A stretch of 62,941 bases of DNA, counting the filler. It is 5 parts of 5 records of this genome, joined end to end, with 100 filler letters (N's around TTAATTAATTAA, not from the genome) between each part and the next. Parts side by side here need not be neighbours in the genome. Positions count along the whole stretch, not along the records: positions 1 to 27,620 come from SRR2962707_5212; 4 more parts are not named here. The stretch is one strand, 5' to 3'. Below the pieces are notes generated by a model. That model was not told the origin of the DNA. It worked only from the letters and a program-made list of their open reading frames with translations, and did not search any database. This document shows, in pieces, positions 10,060 through 19,519 of the stretch. The translations under genes were made by a program, and so were the position numbers. Position 1 is the first letter of the stretch. Each line of letters opens with the position of its first letter.

Positions 10060-11064
10060 TTAGTCTGGTAAATAAAAGTCAAAAGTTACGTCATTCATAC
10101 ATTTAAAATGTCCTTTTGGACAATTTGTATACCCAGTAGATGTGCAGGGTCTGCACCTCAATTTATTATTCTCAAAAATGGTGAATTGTGTCCTATAAGG
10201 ATAATCCCCGAAATGGGGAGTTGTATTTCCCCAGATGGAAAATATCTGCTTTTTAAATGCCGCAGCTACATGCATGAGGTCATTATCATGAGTAAAAACC
10301 CAGCTGGCATTTTTGATTAAAGATGCTTGTTGACTAAAGTTGAATTTTCCACAAGCGTTGAAAATAATCGCCTTTTTATTCAGGTTTTCAATAGCCTCTT
10401 CTTCTGCCTCTGTTCCATGCTCGAAGAACGATTCAATTTCATCAGCCACTTGCTCATCTTCCTCATTACCAATTAAGATGATTGGTTTATTTATTCTGTC
10501 ACAAAGCTCGATCAATCTATTCACAGGAAGTCTTCTCGTATTGTGCTTAGCACCTATTGCAACAGCGGCATATCCTTGCTGATGTGACCTGGGAAGCCAG
10601 TCATTTTCTACTTCGTCTTTTTCAGGAATGTAAAAATCCAACCCGAGGTTGTCCCTTTTTATACCTAGGGGCTTCAATAAATCTATATACTGCTCGACGA
10701 TGTGTGTTTTAGGGAGAAGGTTAATTTTCGTTTTTGTATAGAGCCATTTTCTAATAAGATTCTTTTTGAAAGCATATCGATACTTACTGTTTGACCAGGA
10801 GATAAAAAATGATCGAAGATTAACTTCAAGATCTATGATCGAATTGTAGCCTTCACTTTTTATTTCTTTTCTAATCTTAAAAATTCCCTGATTCAGGCTT
10901 ATGATTTTATCACAGTATGGATTTTCGTTCAGGATGTGCCATTTGTTTTCTGGTAGCGCTACGTGAACTTCTACCTCTAATTCTGTTTTTAATATTCGGA
11001 TTAAAGGGGTTATAAGGATGGTTTTGCCGGTACTGGCGGATTGGATGATCAATACTTTCATCAT
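10060..11064 (-). CDS. Glycosyltransferase family 9 (heptosyltransferase-like), with an atypical active-site motif
   Basis: GT9 features: THD..LMHVAAA, SIWGNT, L.CRPC...G...CPKGHFKCM. Confidence 0.85.
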   Translation of the reverse strand: MMKVLIIQSASTGKTILITPLIRILKTELEVEVHVALPENKWHILNENPYCDKIISLNQGIFKIRKEIKSEGYNSIIDLEVNLRSFFISWSNSKYRYAFKKNLIRKWLYTKTKINLLPKTHIVEQYIDLLKPLGIKRDNLGLDFYIPEKDEVENDWLPRSHQQGYAAVAIGAKHNTRRLPVNRLIELCDRINKPIILIGNEEDEQVADEIESFFEHGTEAEEEAIENLNKKAIIFNACGKFNFSQQASLIKNASWVFTHDNDLMHVAAAFKKQIFSIWGNTTPHFGDYPYRTQFTIFENNKLRCRPCTSTGYTNCPKGHFKCMNDVTFDFYLPD

Positions 11065-11162
11065 TGGTAAAAATGGATCAATTGCTGATGGTTTGAAAAC
11101 AAATGCTATTATTAAATAGCAACCAGAAGCACATTTGTTTAGATTTATTTAAAACTACTGAA

Positions 11163-11570
11163 ATGAATTACTGGTTGATCAAAAGTGAACCGAATACCTA
11201 TTCATGGGATGATCTTGTCAAGAAAGGTCTAGACCATTGGGATGGAGTGAGAAACTTCAAGGCCAGAAACAATATCAAACAGATGAAAGTTGGTGATTGG
11301 TGTCTATTTTATCACAGTGTAAACGAAAAAGCTATTGTTGGAATAGCGGAGGTTGTCAGGGAATACTATAAAGACCCAACAACAGATGATCATCGTTGGT
11401 ATGTTATGGATGTGGTGCCAGTAAGGAAGCTTAAAAGAGCTGTGACATTAGCTGAGGTCAAGGCGGATGACAGGCTCAGCGATATGCAATTAGTTAAATA
11501 TTCGAGACTTTCTGTTCAGGCTGTGAAAAAGGAGGAGTTTGATCTCATTATTGAGTTGAGCGAACGATAG
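11163..11570 (+). CDS. EVE domain protein
   Basis: MNYWLIKSEP, WDGVRNFKARN, FYHS, RLSVQAV; start at ATG 11163. Confidence 0.93.
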   Translation: MNYWLIKSEPNTYSWDDLVKKGLDHWDGVRNFKARNNIKQMKVGDWCLFYHSVNEKAIVGIAEVVREYYKDPTTDDHRWYVMDVVPVRKLKRAVTLAEVKADDRLSDMQLVKYSRLSVQAVKKEEFDLIIELSER

Positions 11571-11602
11571 GGGAGATAATAACGTAATTGTTTTATAGAT
11601 TC

Positions 11603-13159
11603 ATGAAGAGACTTCTAATTATACTAATCGCAATACCTATTCTTTCTTTTTCACAAAGAAAGAAAGATAGGGATACGAGTGCGGTTATCCTGCAACCTAA
11701 CCGCATTGAGTTCGAAATGGAGAGGGATGCATCAGAATTTTTTGTTGTTCCAGGGGATCAGCATGGTATTCTTGTGGTTGAGGAGACAACTGAAGCGGCA
11801 AAAGGAGGGGGGGTTCAATGGAAGCTTCATATGGTCGATACCGCACTTCAAATCAAATGGTCTCAGACATTAATTATACCGGCTGGCGGATCCATCTTAG
11901 GATATGAATATTTTAATGGCAACTTCTATTTGTTATACAACAAAAATCAATTTCGAAGTGAGGATCTATTAGTTTATCAGCTTAACGCTGAATCTGTTGA
12001 CTATATAATGTATGAAATCACGACTGTCTTTCCAATCGAAATTACCCACTTTGAATCTGTGGGAGAAACAATTCTATTAGCTGGCTATGCTAACTTCAGA
12101 CCAGTTGTTATCACATATAATATTAATGATCGCATTCCCCGTGTTGTACCGGGGTTTTATGACAATAAGAATGAGATTTTAGATCTGGTGGTAGACGATG
12201 AGTCACGCCTTTTTACAGTGATTTTATCTGAAAAAATGCGAAATAAAAAATATACAGTGAGGGTTAGAACTTTTACTGACAAAGGAGATATTATACAAGA
12301 TAACCTGATCAATCCTGGTGAAAGAAGAAGCCTATTAGATGCTGCAAGTACCACTTTTGCAGGAGGCCTTCAATACTTAGCCGGTACACATTCCAGAAAG
12401 TCTTCACAGTATAGTCAGGGTTTTTATTTGAGTAAGTTTATCAATGGACAACAACAATTCAATAAATATTATCCGTTTGCAGATTTAAATAACTTTTTTG
12501 GGCATTTGAAACCAAAAAGAGAAAAGCGCATTAAAAATCGAATTGAACGCAAACGAGCGAAGGGCAAAATCAAAAAGTTTAATTATCGTTTGTTAGTACA
12601 CACAATTCTTGAAAGAGAAGGTGAGTATGTTATGGTTGCCGAGGCATATTACCCAAGGTATAATTACTCAAGCAGTTCAAGTAATTTTAACCCATATGGA
12701 TTTACTCCAGCATTTAGAAATAATCCATACTTCTTAGGCTACAAATACACGCATGCGGTTGTTTTGGCCTTTGATCCAAATTGTAATATTATTTGGGATC
12801 AAACATTCAAAATTGAGGACATTCAAACCTATTCTCTTGAAGAAAATGTGGTGGTAAGTGCTTCTGGAAATCGTGTGATTTTAATGTATCTCGAAGAGAA
12901 TGAGATTCGATCTAAAGTGGTTGAAGGAAATGATATTGTTGAAGGCAGAACATTTAACCCTGTAAAGCTCTCATTTGATGCAGATGAAATTAAGTCCAGG
13001 GATCCAAGCGTCGAGGGACTCAAAAAGTGGTATGGGGAAACACTTTTTGCGTATGGAGAACAAAGAATTAAAAATCCGAATGGGGTTGCTGGTCAAACTT
13101 ATAGGAAAGTTTTTTACATCAACAAAATTCAATACGATCTGGATAGAGAGATCAATTAA
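11603..13159 (+). CDS. Secreted hypothetical protein (beta-rich)
   Basis: Long ORF with signal peptide MKRLLIILIAIPILSFSQ; no family recognised. Confidence 0.75.
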   Translation: MKRLLIILIAIPILSFSQRKKDRDTSAVILQPNRIEFEMERDASEFFVVPGDQHGILVVEETTEAAKGGGVQWKLHMVDTALQIKWSQTLIIPAGGSILGYEYFNGNFYLLYNKNQFRSEDLLVYQLNAESVDYIMYEITTVFPIEITHFESVGETILLAGYANFRPVVITYNINDRIPRVVPGFYDNKNEILDLVVDDESRLFTVILSEKMRNKKYTVRVRTFTDKGDIIQDNLINPGERRSLLDAASTTFAGGLQYLAGTHSRKSSQYSQGFYLSKFINGQQQFNKYYPFADLNNFFGHLKPKREKRIKNRIERKRAKGKIKKFNYRLLVHTILEREGEYVMVAEAYYPRYNYSSSSSNFNPYGFTPAFRNNPYFLGYKYTHAVVLAFDPNCNIIWDQTFKIEDIQTYSLEENVVVSASGNRVILMYLEENEIRSKVVEGNDIVEGRTFNPVKLSFDADEIKSRDPSVEGLKKWYGETLFAYGEQRIKNPNGVAGQTYRKVFYINKIQYDLDREIN

Positions 13160-13170
13160 ATGTTAACTAT

Positions 13171-13178
13171 TACTTTTG
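13171..13178 (+). promoter_or_regulatory. Bacteroidota -7 promoter element upstream of pyrR
   Basis: TACTTTTG 15 nt before the pyrR ATG. Confidence 0.6.
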
Positions 13179-13193
13179 CAGGAATAATTACTC

Positions 13194-13736
13194 ATGCAAA
13201 AGCGCCTGCTTTTCGATACCCCACTCCTAGAGGTCACAATCAGCCGGTTGTGTCAACAACTCATTGAAGCTCATGATGATTTTTCTCAGTCTGTTATCAT
13301 AGGCATGCAGCCTCGTGGAATCTATGTAGCAGAAAGAATTAAAAAGGAGCTGGAAAAGCTGATTAAAAAAGACATACATCTCGGGTATCTCGATACAACT
13401 TTTCATCGTGATGATTTTAGAAGGCGAGATGAGCCCATCACCGCTAGCCAGACTAAAATTCCATTTTTAATAGAAAATAAAAATGTCATTCTTGTGGATG
13501 ATGTTCTTTTCACAGGAAGAACGGTTCGCGCTGCGCTGGATGCCATGAATACCTTTGGCAGACCTGCGAAAGTGGAGCTATTGGTTCTTGTGGATCGATT
13601 GTATAGTCGACATATCCCGGTGGAAGCCACCTACGTGGGTAGGAAGGTAAATACCATTCAGTCCCAAAAAGTCTTGGTTGAATTGGATGAAAAACAGAAA
13701 GAAGATCATATTTGGTTAATTACGAAAGAAGAATGA
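13194..13736 (+). CDS. pyrR: Bifunctional pyr regulator / uracil phosphoribosyltransferase PyrR
   Basis: LDTTFHRDDF, VILVDDVLFTGRTVRAALDA, LVLVDR; overlaps pyrB (ATGA). Confidence 0.93.
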   Translation: MQKRLLFDTPLLEVTISRLCQQLIEAHDDFSQSVIIGMQPRGIYVAERIKKELEKLIKKDIHLGYLDTTFHRDDFRRRDEPITASQTKIPFLIENKNVILVDDVLFTGRTVRAALDAMNTFGRPAKVELLVLVDRLYSRHIPVEATYVGRKVNTIQSQKVLVELDEKQKEDHIWLITKEE

Positions 13737-14656
13737 GTCAACTTAAAACCAAGCATCTCCTAGGGATTAAAAACCTCGATAGAGAGGATATAGAACTCAT
13801 TTTTCAAACAGCCACCAATTTTAAAGAAGTAATTAACAGGCCGATCAAGAAAGTTCCTTCTTTGAGAGATGTGACGGTAGCCAATATTTTCTTCGAAAAT
13901 TCGACCCGAACCAAACTTTCATTTGAGCTTGCAGAAAAGAGACTTTCAGCTGATGTGATCAACTTTTCTGCATCAGGTAGTTCGGTGAAAAAGGGAGAAA
14001 CACTGCTGGATACGGTCAATAACATTTTGGCCATGAAGGTGGATATGGTGGTGATGAGACATTCGAGCCCCGGAGCTCCTCATTTTCTTGCTAAGCATAT
14101 AGATGCTAATATCATCAATGCAGGAGATGGCACACATGAGCACCCCACTCAAGCCCTTTTAGACGCATTTTCGATCCAGGAAAGATGTGGTGCCGTGGAA
14201 GGTAAGAAAGTAGTAATTGTGGGAGATATTCTCCATTCCAGGGTGGCGCTTTCCAATATCTTTGCCTTGCAGACGCTTGGTGCAGAAGTGATGGTTTGCG
14301 GCCCGGCTACTTTACTTCCAAAACACATTGGTGAGTTGGGAGTAAAAGTTGAGACGAACATCAGGAAAGCCCTTGAATGGTGTGATATCGCAAATATCTT
14401 ACGCATTCAACTTGAGCGTCAGCAGATGAAATATTTCCCATCGTTACGTGAGTATTCAAGGTATTTCGGAGTGAATAAGCAACTGCTTGATTCACTTAAT
14501 AAAGAGATCACAATAATGCATCCCGGTCCAATTAATCGAGGAGTGGAGATTACCAGCGATGTAGCAGATTCAGAGCATTCCATTATTCTCCAGCAAGTGG
14601 AAAATGGAGTGGCTGTTAGGATGTCGGTACTTTACCTTTTAGCTGGGGTTGCTTAA
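13733..14656 (+). CDS. pyrB: Aspartate carbamoyltransferase catalytic subunit
   Basis: FFENSTRT, HEHPTQALLD, GDILHSRV, MHPGPINRGVEI; start ATG 13733. Confidence 0.97.
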   Translation: MSQLKTKHLLGIKNLDREDIELIFQTATNFKEVINRPIKKVPSLRDVTVANIFFENSTRTKLSFELAEKRLSADVINFSASGSSVKKGETLLDTVNNILAMKVDMVVMRHSSPGAPHFLAKHIDANIINAGDGTHEHPTQALLDAFSIQERCGAVEGKKVVIVGDILHSRVALSNIFALQTLGAEVMVCGPATLLPKHIGELGVKVETNIRKALEWCDIANILRIQLERQQMKYFPSLREYSRYFGVNKQLLDSLNKEITIMHPGPINRGVEITSDVADSEHSIILQQVENGVAVRMSVLYLLAGVA

Positions 14657-14657
14657 T

Positions 14658-16001
14658 CTATCTCCCCACATAATTATACGGAGTAATCGCTTTTAGCTCC
14701 TCTTTAATTTTATCACTCACATTTAACGTGTCAATAAAGGATTGAATTGAACGCTCTGTAATCGCCTCGTTGGTTCGTGTGAGTGCCTTTAATGCTTCAT
14801 AAGGTTTAGGGTAGCCTTCTCTTCTTAGAATAGTTTGAATGGCTTCTGCGACCACTGCCCAGTTGTCCTCCAGGTCTGCACGAATGGATGCTTCATTGGC
14901 ATTGATTTTTGAGAGTCCTTTTTCAAGAGAAAGTAGACCAATAAAAGTATGAGCAATCGGAACACCGATGTTTCTTAGAACAGTCGAATCTGTCAAATCC
15001 CGTTGAAGTCTTGAAATAGGCAGTTTGGCACTGAGGTGTTCAAACAGTGCATTAGCAATCCCAAAGTTTCCTTCAGCGTTCTCGAAATCGATCGGATTTA
15101 CTTTATGAGGCATAGCCGATGACCCAACCTCATTCTTCGAGATGGTTTGGGTAAAATAATTCATTGAAATGTATTGCCATACATCACGACTAAAATCAAT
15201 CAGGATGGTATTGATTCGTTTCAATCCATCAAAAATGGCGGCCAGGTGATCATAGTGTTCAATCTGAGTAGTTGGATAGCTACGTTTCAGTCCTAGCTTT
15301 TCCCTCACAAACTTATCGCCGAATGCATGCCAGTCATTATCAGGGTAAGCCACATAGTGAGCATTGAAATTGCCGGTAGCTCCACCAAATTTAGCAGCAT
15401 AAGGTATTTGTTTAAGTAGGCCCAATTGCTCCTTTAAGCGAACCACAAATACGTTGACTTCCTTTCCTAATCTCGTGGGAGAAGCCGGTTGGCCGTGTGT
15501 TTTGGCTAACATTGGTATGTTACTCCATTGCTTTGCTTTTGCTTCCAACTCAATGATCAAGGCATCCAATTTTGGAATAAATACCTGTTCAAGGGCATCT
15601 TTAAGCGATAGTGGAATAGACGTATTGTTGATATCCTGAGAAGTCAGTCCGAAATGGATAAACTCCTTTAGGTCAGTCATTCCCAGACCATCAAATTTTT
15701 CTTTTATGAAATACTCGACGGCTTTCACATCATGATTGGTGGTTTTTTCAATCTCCTTGATAGCTTCGGCATCTTCCATAGAGAAGGACTCAAAAATTCG
15801 AATCAGCTCTTTATTTTTCTTCGAGTCATAGCTCTTTAGTTGTGGAATCCCACTTTCACAGAGTGCGATGAAGTATAGTATTTCTACCTTCACTCTGTAT
15901 TGGATCAGTGCCTTTTCCGAAAAAAAGTCTGCAAGCTGAGAAACTTTGCTTCTATATCTGCCGTCGATGGGCGAAATACCCTCTAATGGATTAAAATTCA
16001 T
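14658..16001 (-). CDS. purB: Adenylosuccinate lyase
   Basis: SPIDGRY, TNHDVKAVEY, signature SSAMPHKVNPIDFENAEGN, SRLQRDLTDSTVLRN. Confidence 0.97.
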   Translation of the reverse strand: MNFNPLEGISPIDGRYRSKVSQLADFFSEKALIQYRVKVEILYFIALCESGIPQLKSYDSKKNKELIRIFESFSMEDAEAIKEIEKTTNHDVKAVEYFIKEKFDGLGMTDLKEFIHFGLTSQDINNTSIPLSLKDALEQVFIPKLDALIIELEAKAKQWSNIPMLAKTHGQPASPTRLGKEVNVFVVRLKEQLGLLKQIPYAAKFGGATGNFNAHYVAYPDNDWHAFGDKFVREKLGLKRSYPTTQIEHYDHLAAIFDGLKRINTILIDFSRDVWQYISMNYFTQTISKNEVGSSAMPHKVNPIDFENAEGNFGIANALFEHLSAKLPISRLQRDLTDSTVLRNIGVPIAHTFIGLLSLEKGLSKINANEASIRADLEDNWAVVAEAIQTILRREGYPKPYEALKALTRTNEAITERSIQSFIDTLNVSDKIKEELKAITPYNYVGR

Positions 16002-16028
16002 GAATATTATCTACAGTAAAAACGAACA

Positions 16029-16082
16029 CAAAAGTACCGCATCATGTTTACTTGCCTGACCTCTATGGGGGAATTATCTTTG
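16029..16082. promoter_or_regulatory. Divergent Bacteroidota -7 elements for purB and the ferredoxin reductase
   Basis: TACTTTTG on the minus strand at 16029-16036 and TATCTTTG on the plus strand at 16075-16082. Confidence 0.55.
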
Positions 16083-16101
16083 CGGCCTTAAAATTGACAA
16101 A

Positions 16102-17175
16102 ATGGCGTTTTCATTATTTAAAAAGAAAAAGAACAAGAAAGACGATAGATATCAAACACTCACGATAAAGGAGGTGGTGAATGTAGCGCAAGATGCAGTG
16201 AATCTTGTTTTTGAAAAGCCTGAGTCATTTAATTACGAACCTGGGCAGTTCATTACACTTATTAAAGAAGTGAACGGTAAGAAAATAAGGCGTGCGTACT
16301 CTCTTTGTACCACCCCTTTTGAAGATGAAAGTCCGGCAGTAACTGTAAAGCGTGTGGAAGGTGGAGCTATGTCTAACGATCTGAACGATCATGCAAAGGC
16401 GGGTGATCAGATTCAAATCATGGAGCCAATGGGCATGTTTACCACGGAATATAATGAGTCTAATGAACGCCATGCAATATTTTTTGGTGGAGGGAGTGGT
16501 ATTACACCACTCATGTCGATTATAAGGTCCATTCTTTTAAAAGAGCCAAAGAGTAAAACCACCTTGGTTTATGGTAACAGGAGAGAGGAATTTGTCATTT
16601 TCAAAGAGATGATCTCAAAGTTAGAGGACAAATATCTCGAGCGATTCAAAATAATACATATTCTCGAGGAAGGGGATGCGGACTATACAGGACGGCCAAC
16701 TCCGGATATGATCGCAGAAATATGCGGCAAAAATTCAGTTGATAAGGATACGGAATGTTATATCTGCGGGCCACAGCCAATGATGGACGTAGTTGCAGAG
16801 GGGCTTAGAAAAGCCAATGTAGATCAGGAAAAGATTCGAATGGAAAGCTTTGAAGCAGGTAAAACATCTCCAACAGAAATTATTGACACTGGAGGAGCCT
16901 CTGAAAGTGAAGTGACCATATTACTAGATGGAGAAGAATACTCGATCACAGTGAAGAAAAATGCTTCCGTTCTCGATACTGCACTTGATAATGATCTTGA
17001 CATGCCATATTCATGTCAAAGTGGGTTATGCACGGCTTGTCGAGGAAAATGTGTAGAAGGGAAGATCAGCATTGATGAAGCAGAAGGGCTCTCTCAAGAA
17101 GAACTTGATGAAGGTTATGTGCTTACTTGTGTTGGGAAACCTTTAACAGATCGCGTACGGGTAGAAATTGGCTAA
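16102..17175 (+). CDS. FAD/NAD(P)-binding oxidoreductase with C-terminal 2Fe-2S ferredoxin (PaaE-like)
   Basis: RRAYSLC, GGGSGITP, YICGPQPMM, CQSGLCTAC...LTC. Confidence 0.9.
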   Translation: MAFSLFKKKKNKKDDRYQTLTIKEVVNVAQDAVNLVFEKPESFNYEPGQFITLIKEVNGKKIRRAYSLCTTPFEDESPAVTVKRVEGGAMSNDLNDHAKAGDQIQIMEPMGMFTTEYNESNERHAIFFGGGSGITPLMSIIRSILLKEPKSKTTLVYGNRREEFVIFKEMISKLEDKYLERFKIIHILEEGDADYTGRPTPDMIAEICGKNSVDKDTECYICGPQPMMDVVAEGLRKANVDQEKIRMESFEAGKTSPTEIIDTGGASESEVTILLDGEEYSITVKKNASVLDTALDNDLDMPYSCQSGLCTACRGKCVEGKISIDEAEGLSQEELDEGYVLTCVGKPLTDRVRVEIG

Positions 17176-19418
17176 ACCTTGTCAAAAATCAGGTTAAATG
17201 CAGTGCCTTCACCAGGTTTGCTATGGCATTCGATTTTCCCTCCCATCGCTTTCACAAATTTATAGGCAATAGATAAACCCAGGCCGGTTGAACGTTCTTG
17301 CTCTGTAGGCTTAGAGCTAAGTGTTGTGTATGCTTGAAACAAAGCCTTTTGTTCTTCTTCTGAAATCCCTGGTCCCTGATCTTTCACTACGATCTCATGA
17401 TGATTATTTTCAGAGATTAAAGAAACTTCAATTTGTTTGCCCCGATCAGAAAATTTAATCGCATTAGAGAGGAGGTTATCAATTACCTGTACCAGATAAT
17501 TTGGATCCACATTTGCGTATCGCTCATTCGATTTATCAATGTTGTCTACAATTGAAATCTGCTTTTGAGAGGCGATTACGTCAAAATTATGGATGGATGA
17601 ATATGTTAGCTCTGAAAGATCCGTCTTCTCCAACTTGAGATTTACCTTCATGTTTTCGATGGCGCTAATATCAAGCACTCTGTCGATCATGTCTCTCATT
17701 CGTTCAGAAGACACACCAAGAAGTTCCACATATTTTTCAAGATTCTTGTCTTTGTTATTTTTAACTACATCCTGAAACAGGGGCATTAGCCCAATGATCA
17801 TATTCAATGGATTTCGAAGATCATGAGCGACAATGCCCATGAGTTTGTTTTTTTCATCGTTGAGCCATCTTAGTTTCTTATTTCTTTTTTGAATCACATA
17901 GTATGACCGACCCATGGTTGCTGCAAGAAGGAAAAAGAGTAAAAGGGCTAATAGAATAAGCCTGTTTTGGTAAGTTTTCGCCTGTATTTCTTCGGCAAAC
18001 TTCTGCTCAGACTCCATTCGCTCTTGTTCCATTTCAGCCACTTGCTTTCTGAAATCATACTCTGCCGCCAGCTGGGTTGCTTTTTCAATATTGTTTTGTT
18101 TATTGATGGAGTCTGTAAGCATCATGTATTCCTCGAGATAGGCCATGGCCCTACTAGAATTACCATTGCTTTTATGAAATTCATAAAGCGCCTGGAGTGC
18201 CTCTTTTGTTTCAAGTTGTAACTGTGAGTCTTTTCCGATTTTAAGGGCTTTATTTAAGGATGTTACGGCCTCATCAGCTTTCCCTTGCTTTGCGTAGACT
18301 TGCCCTAACCCTTTTAAAACTGTTGAAATCACTACAGCTTCTTCACAATCATTGGAAACCTTCAAAGCTCTATCAAAGAAATATTCTGCAGAATCCCATT
18401 TATTCAGATTTAAGTAGATCGACCCCATCCCTTCTAGTGGGTAACTTTCGAAACATGGATAGCTCTCGGACAAGTCAATAGCTAATGCACTTTTTAATAG
18501 ACTGATGGCTTTTGTTGTGTCACCTCTTTCGAGGTGTACATAGGAAAGGTTATTTAGTAATGTTGCTTCGCTTGCTTCCAAATTGTGAATACGCGTTTTC
18601 TCCAGTGCATTGCTATAATACTCCATTGCCATCTCGGAGTTATTCATGTTGTCATAGATGACACCAATGTTGTTATTGATCAGTATCTCACCATCTATAT
18701 CATCTGCCTGGATGGCCATGTCTCTGGCCTTTAAGTAATGATCGAGAGCCTCGGAGTATAGCCCTTTTTGATCGTAAATAATGCCTATTTGATTAAGTGA
18801 CTGGCTGATTTCTTTTGTTAAACCACCTTTTTCGTAGGCTTCTTTCGCTTTGATTGCCCAGGTTAATGCTCCTACATTTTTTCCTCTTTTATTATTTATG
18901 TTGGCCATGGCATAAGCGGCATTTCCATATTCAGGCAGAACATCATTCTCCATTCCCATTTCGTAGGCTTTTTTGTAATAGAGAAGTGCAGTATCCAGTT
19001 GGTTATTGATCTCAAAAGTGAGTGCAATGATGTAATTACCGTTTACGGCATATTTCACTAGCTCATTTTCCAGATACCCTTGAGTTGCCTTTTTCATAAG
19101 AATCACAGCGGAATCCAGATCAAAATGAGAATAAAAGATGCCAAGAGCCAGCATAGATCTGTGCTTATGCTTGGGAGATGTTACCTTTTGACCGATTTCA
19201 TAGGCTTCTTGGGCGTATTTTAGTTGGTCTTCCTGAGATTTTGATGCATAGGCCATGCTGATCAAAATCGAAGATTTAAGTGTATCAGACTCAGCTTTTC
19301 CTAATTCAGTAGTGAGACTATCAAGCTTACTTTCTTGCGAGATAGCACTGACAGAAGATGTCAGAAATAGTAAAATCAGGAGATGTTTTAAGGTTCTCAT
19401 CTTTTTAAAGCCAGTCAT
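17172..19418 (-). CDS. TPR-repeat sensor histidine kinase
   Basis: Signal peptide, TPR repeats (LNQIGIIYDQKGLYSEAL), one TM helix, H-box AHDLRNPL, NLLSNAIKFS, DQGPGI, GLGLSI. Confidence 0.92.
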   Translation of the reverse strand: MTGFKKMRTLKHLLILLFLTSSVSAISQESKLDSLTTELGKAESDTLKSSILISMAYASKSQEDQLKYAQEAYEIGQKVTSPKHKHRSMLALGIFYSHFDLDSAVILMKKATQGYLENELVKYAVNGNYIIALTFEINNQLDTALLYYKKAYEMGMENDVLPEYGNAAYAMANINNKRGKNVGALTWAIKAKEAYEKGGLTKEISQSLNQIGIIYDQKGLYSEALDHYLKARDMAIQADDIDGEILINNNIGVIYDNMNNSEMAMEYYSNALEKTRIHNLEASEATLLNNLSYVHLERGDTTKAISLLKSALAIDLSESYPCFESYPLEGMGSIYLNLNKWDSAEYFFDRALKVSNDCEEAVVISTVLKGLGQVYAKQGKADEAVTSLNKALKIGKDSQLQLETKEALQALYEFHKSNGNSSRAMAYLEEYMMLTDSINKQNNIEKATQLAAEYDFRKQVAEMEQERMESEQKFAEEIQAKTYQNRLILLALLLFFLLAATMGRSYYVIQKRNKKLRWLNDEKNKLMGIVAHDLRNPLNMIIGLMPLFQDVVKNNKDKNLEKYVELLGVSSERMRDMIDRVLDISAIENMKVNLKLEKTDLSELTYSSIHNFDVIASQKQISIVDNIDKSNERYANVDPNYLVQVIDNLLSNAIKFSDRGKQIEVSLISENNHHEIVVKDQGPGISEEEQKALFQAYTTLSSKPTEQERSTGLGLSIAYKFVKAMGGKIECHSKPGEGTAFNLIFDKV

Positions 19419-19519
19419 TCAAATATAATCTTTTGATAATCTGTAATGAAATGACCGCCCAACACTTTTCGATTGGTTGGCTATAGTTATCGGTTTAACT
19501 TGGTGACAAAAAAATAATC

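Noticed and set aside
11163-13159. EVE protein plus neighbour as a modification-dependent defence system
   Set aside because: The EVE protein is stand-alone in a housekeeping context; the neighbour has a signal peptide and no nuclease motif
13160-13193. PyrR-dependent attenuator leader
   Set aside because: Only about 15 nt lie between the -7 element and the ATG; there is no room for antiterminator/terminator hairpins
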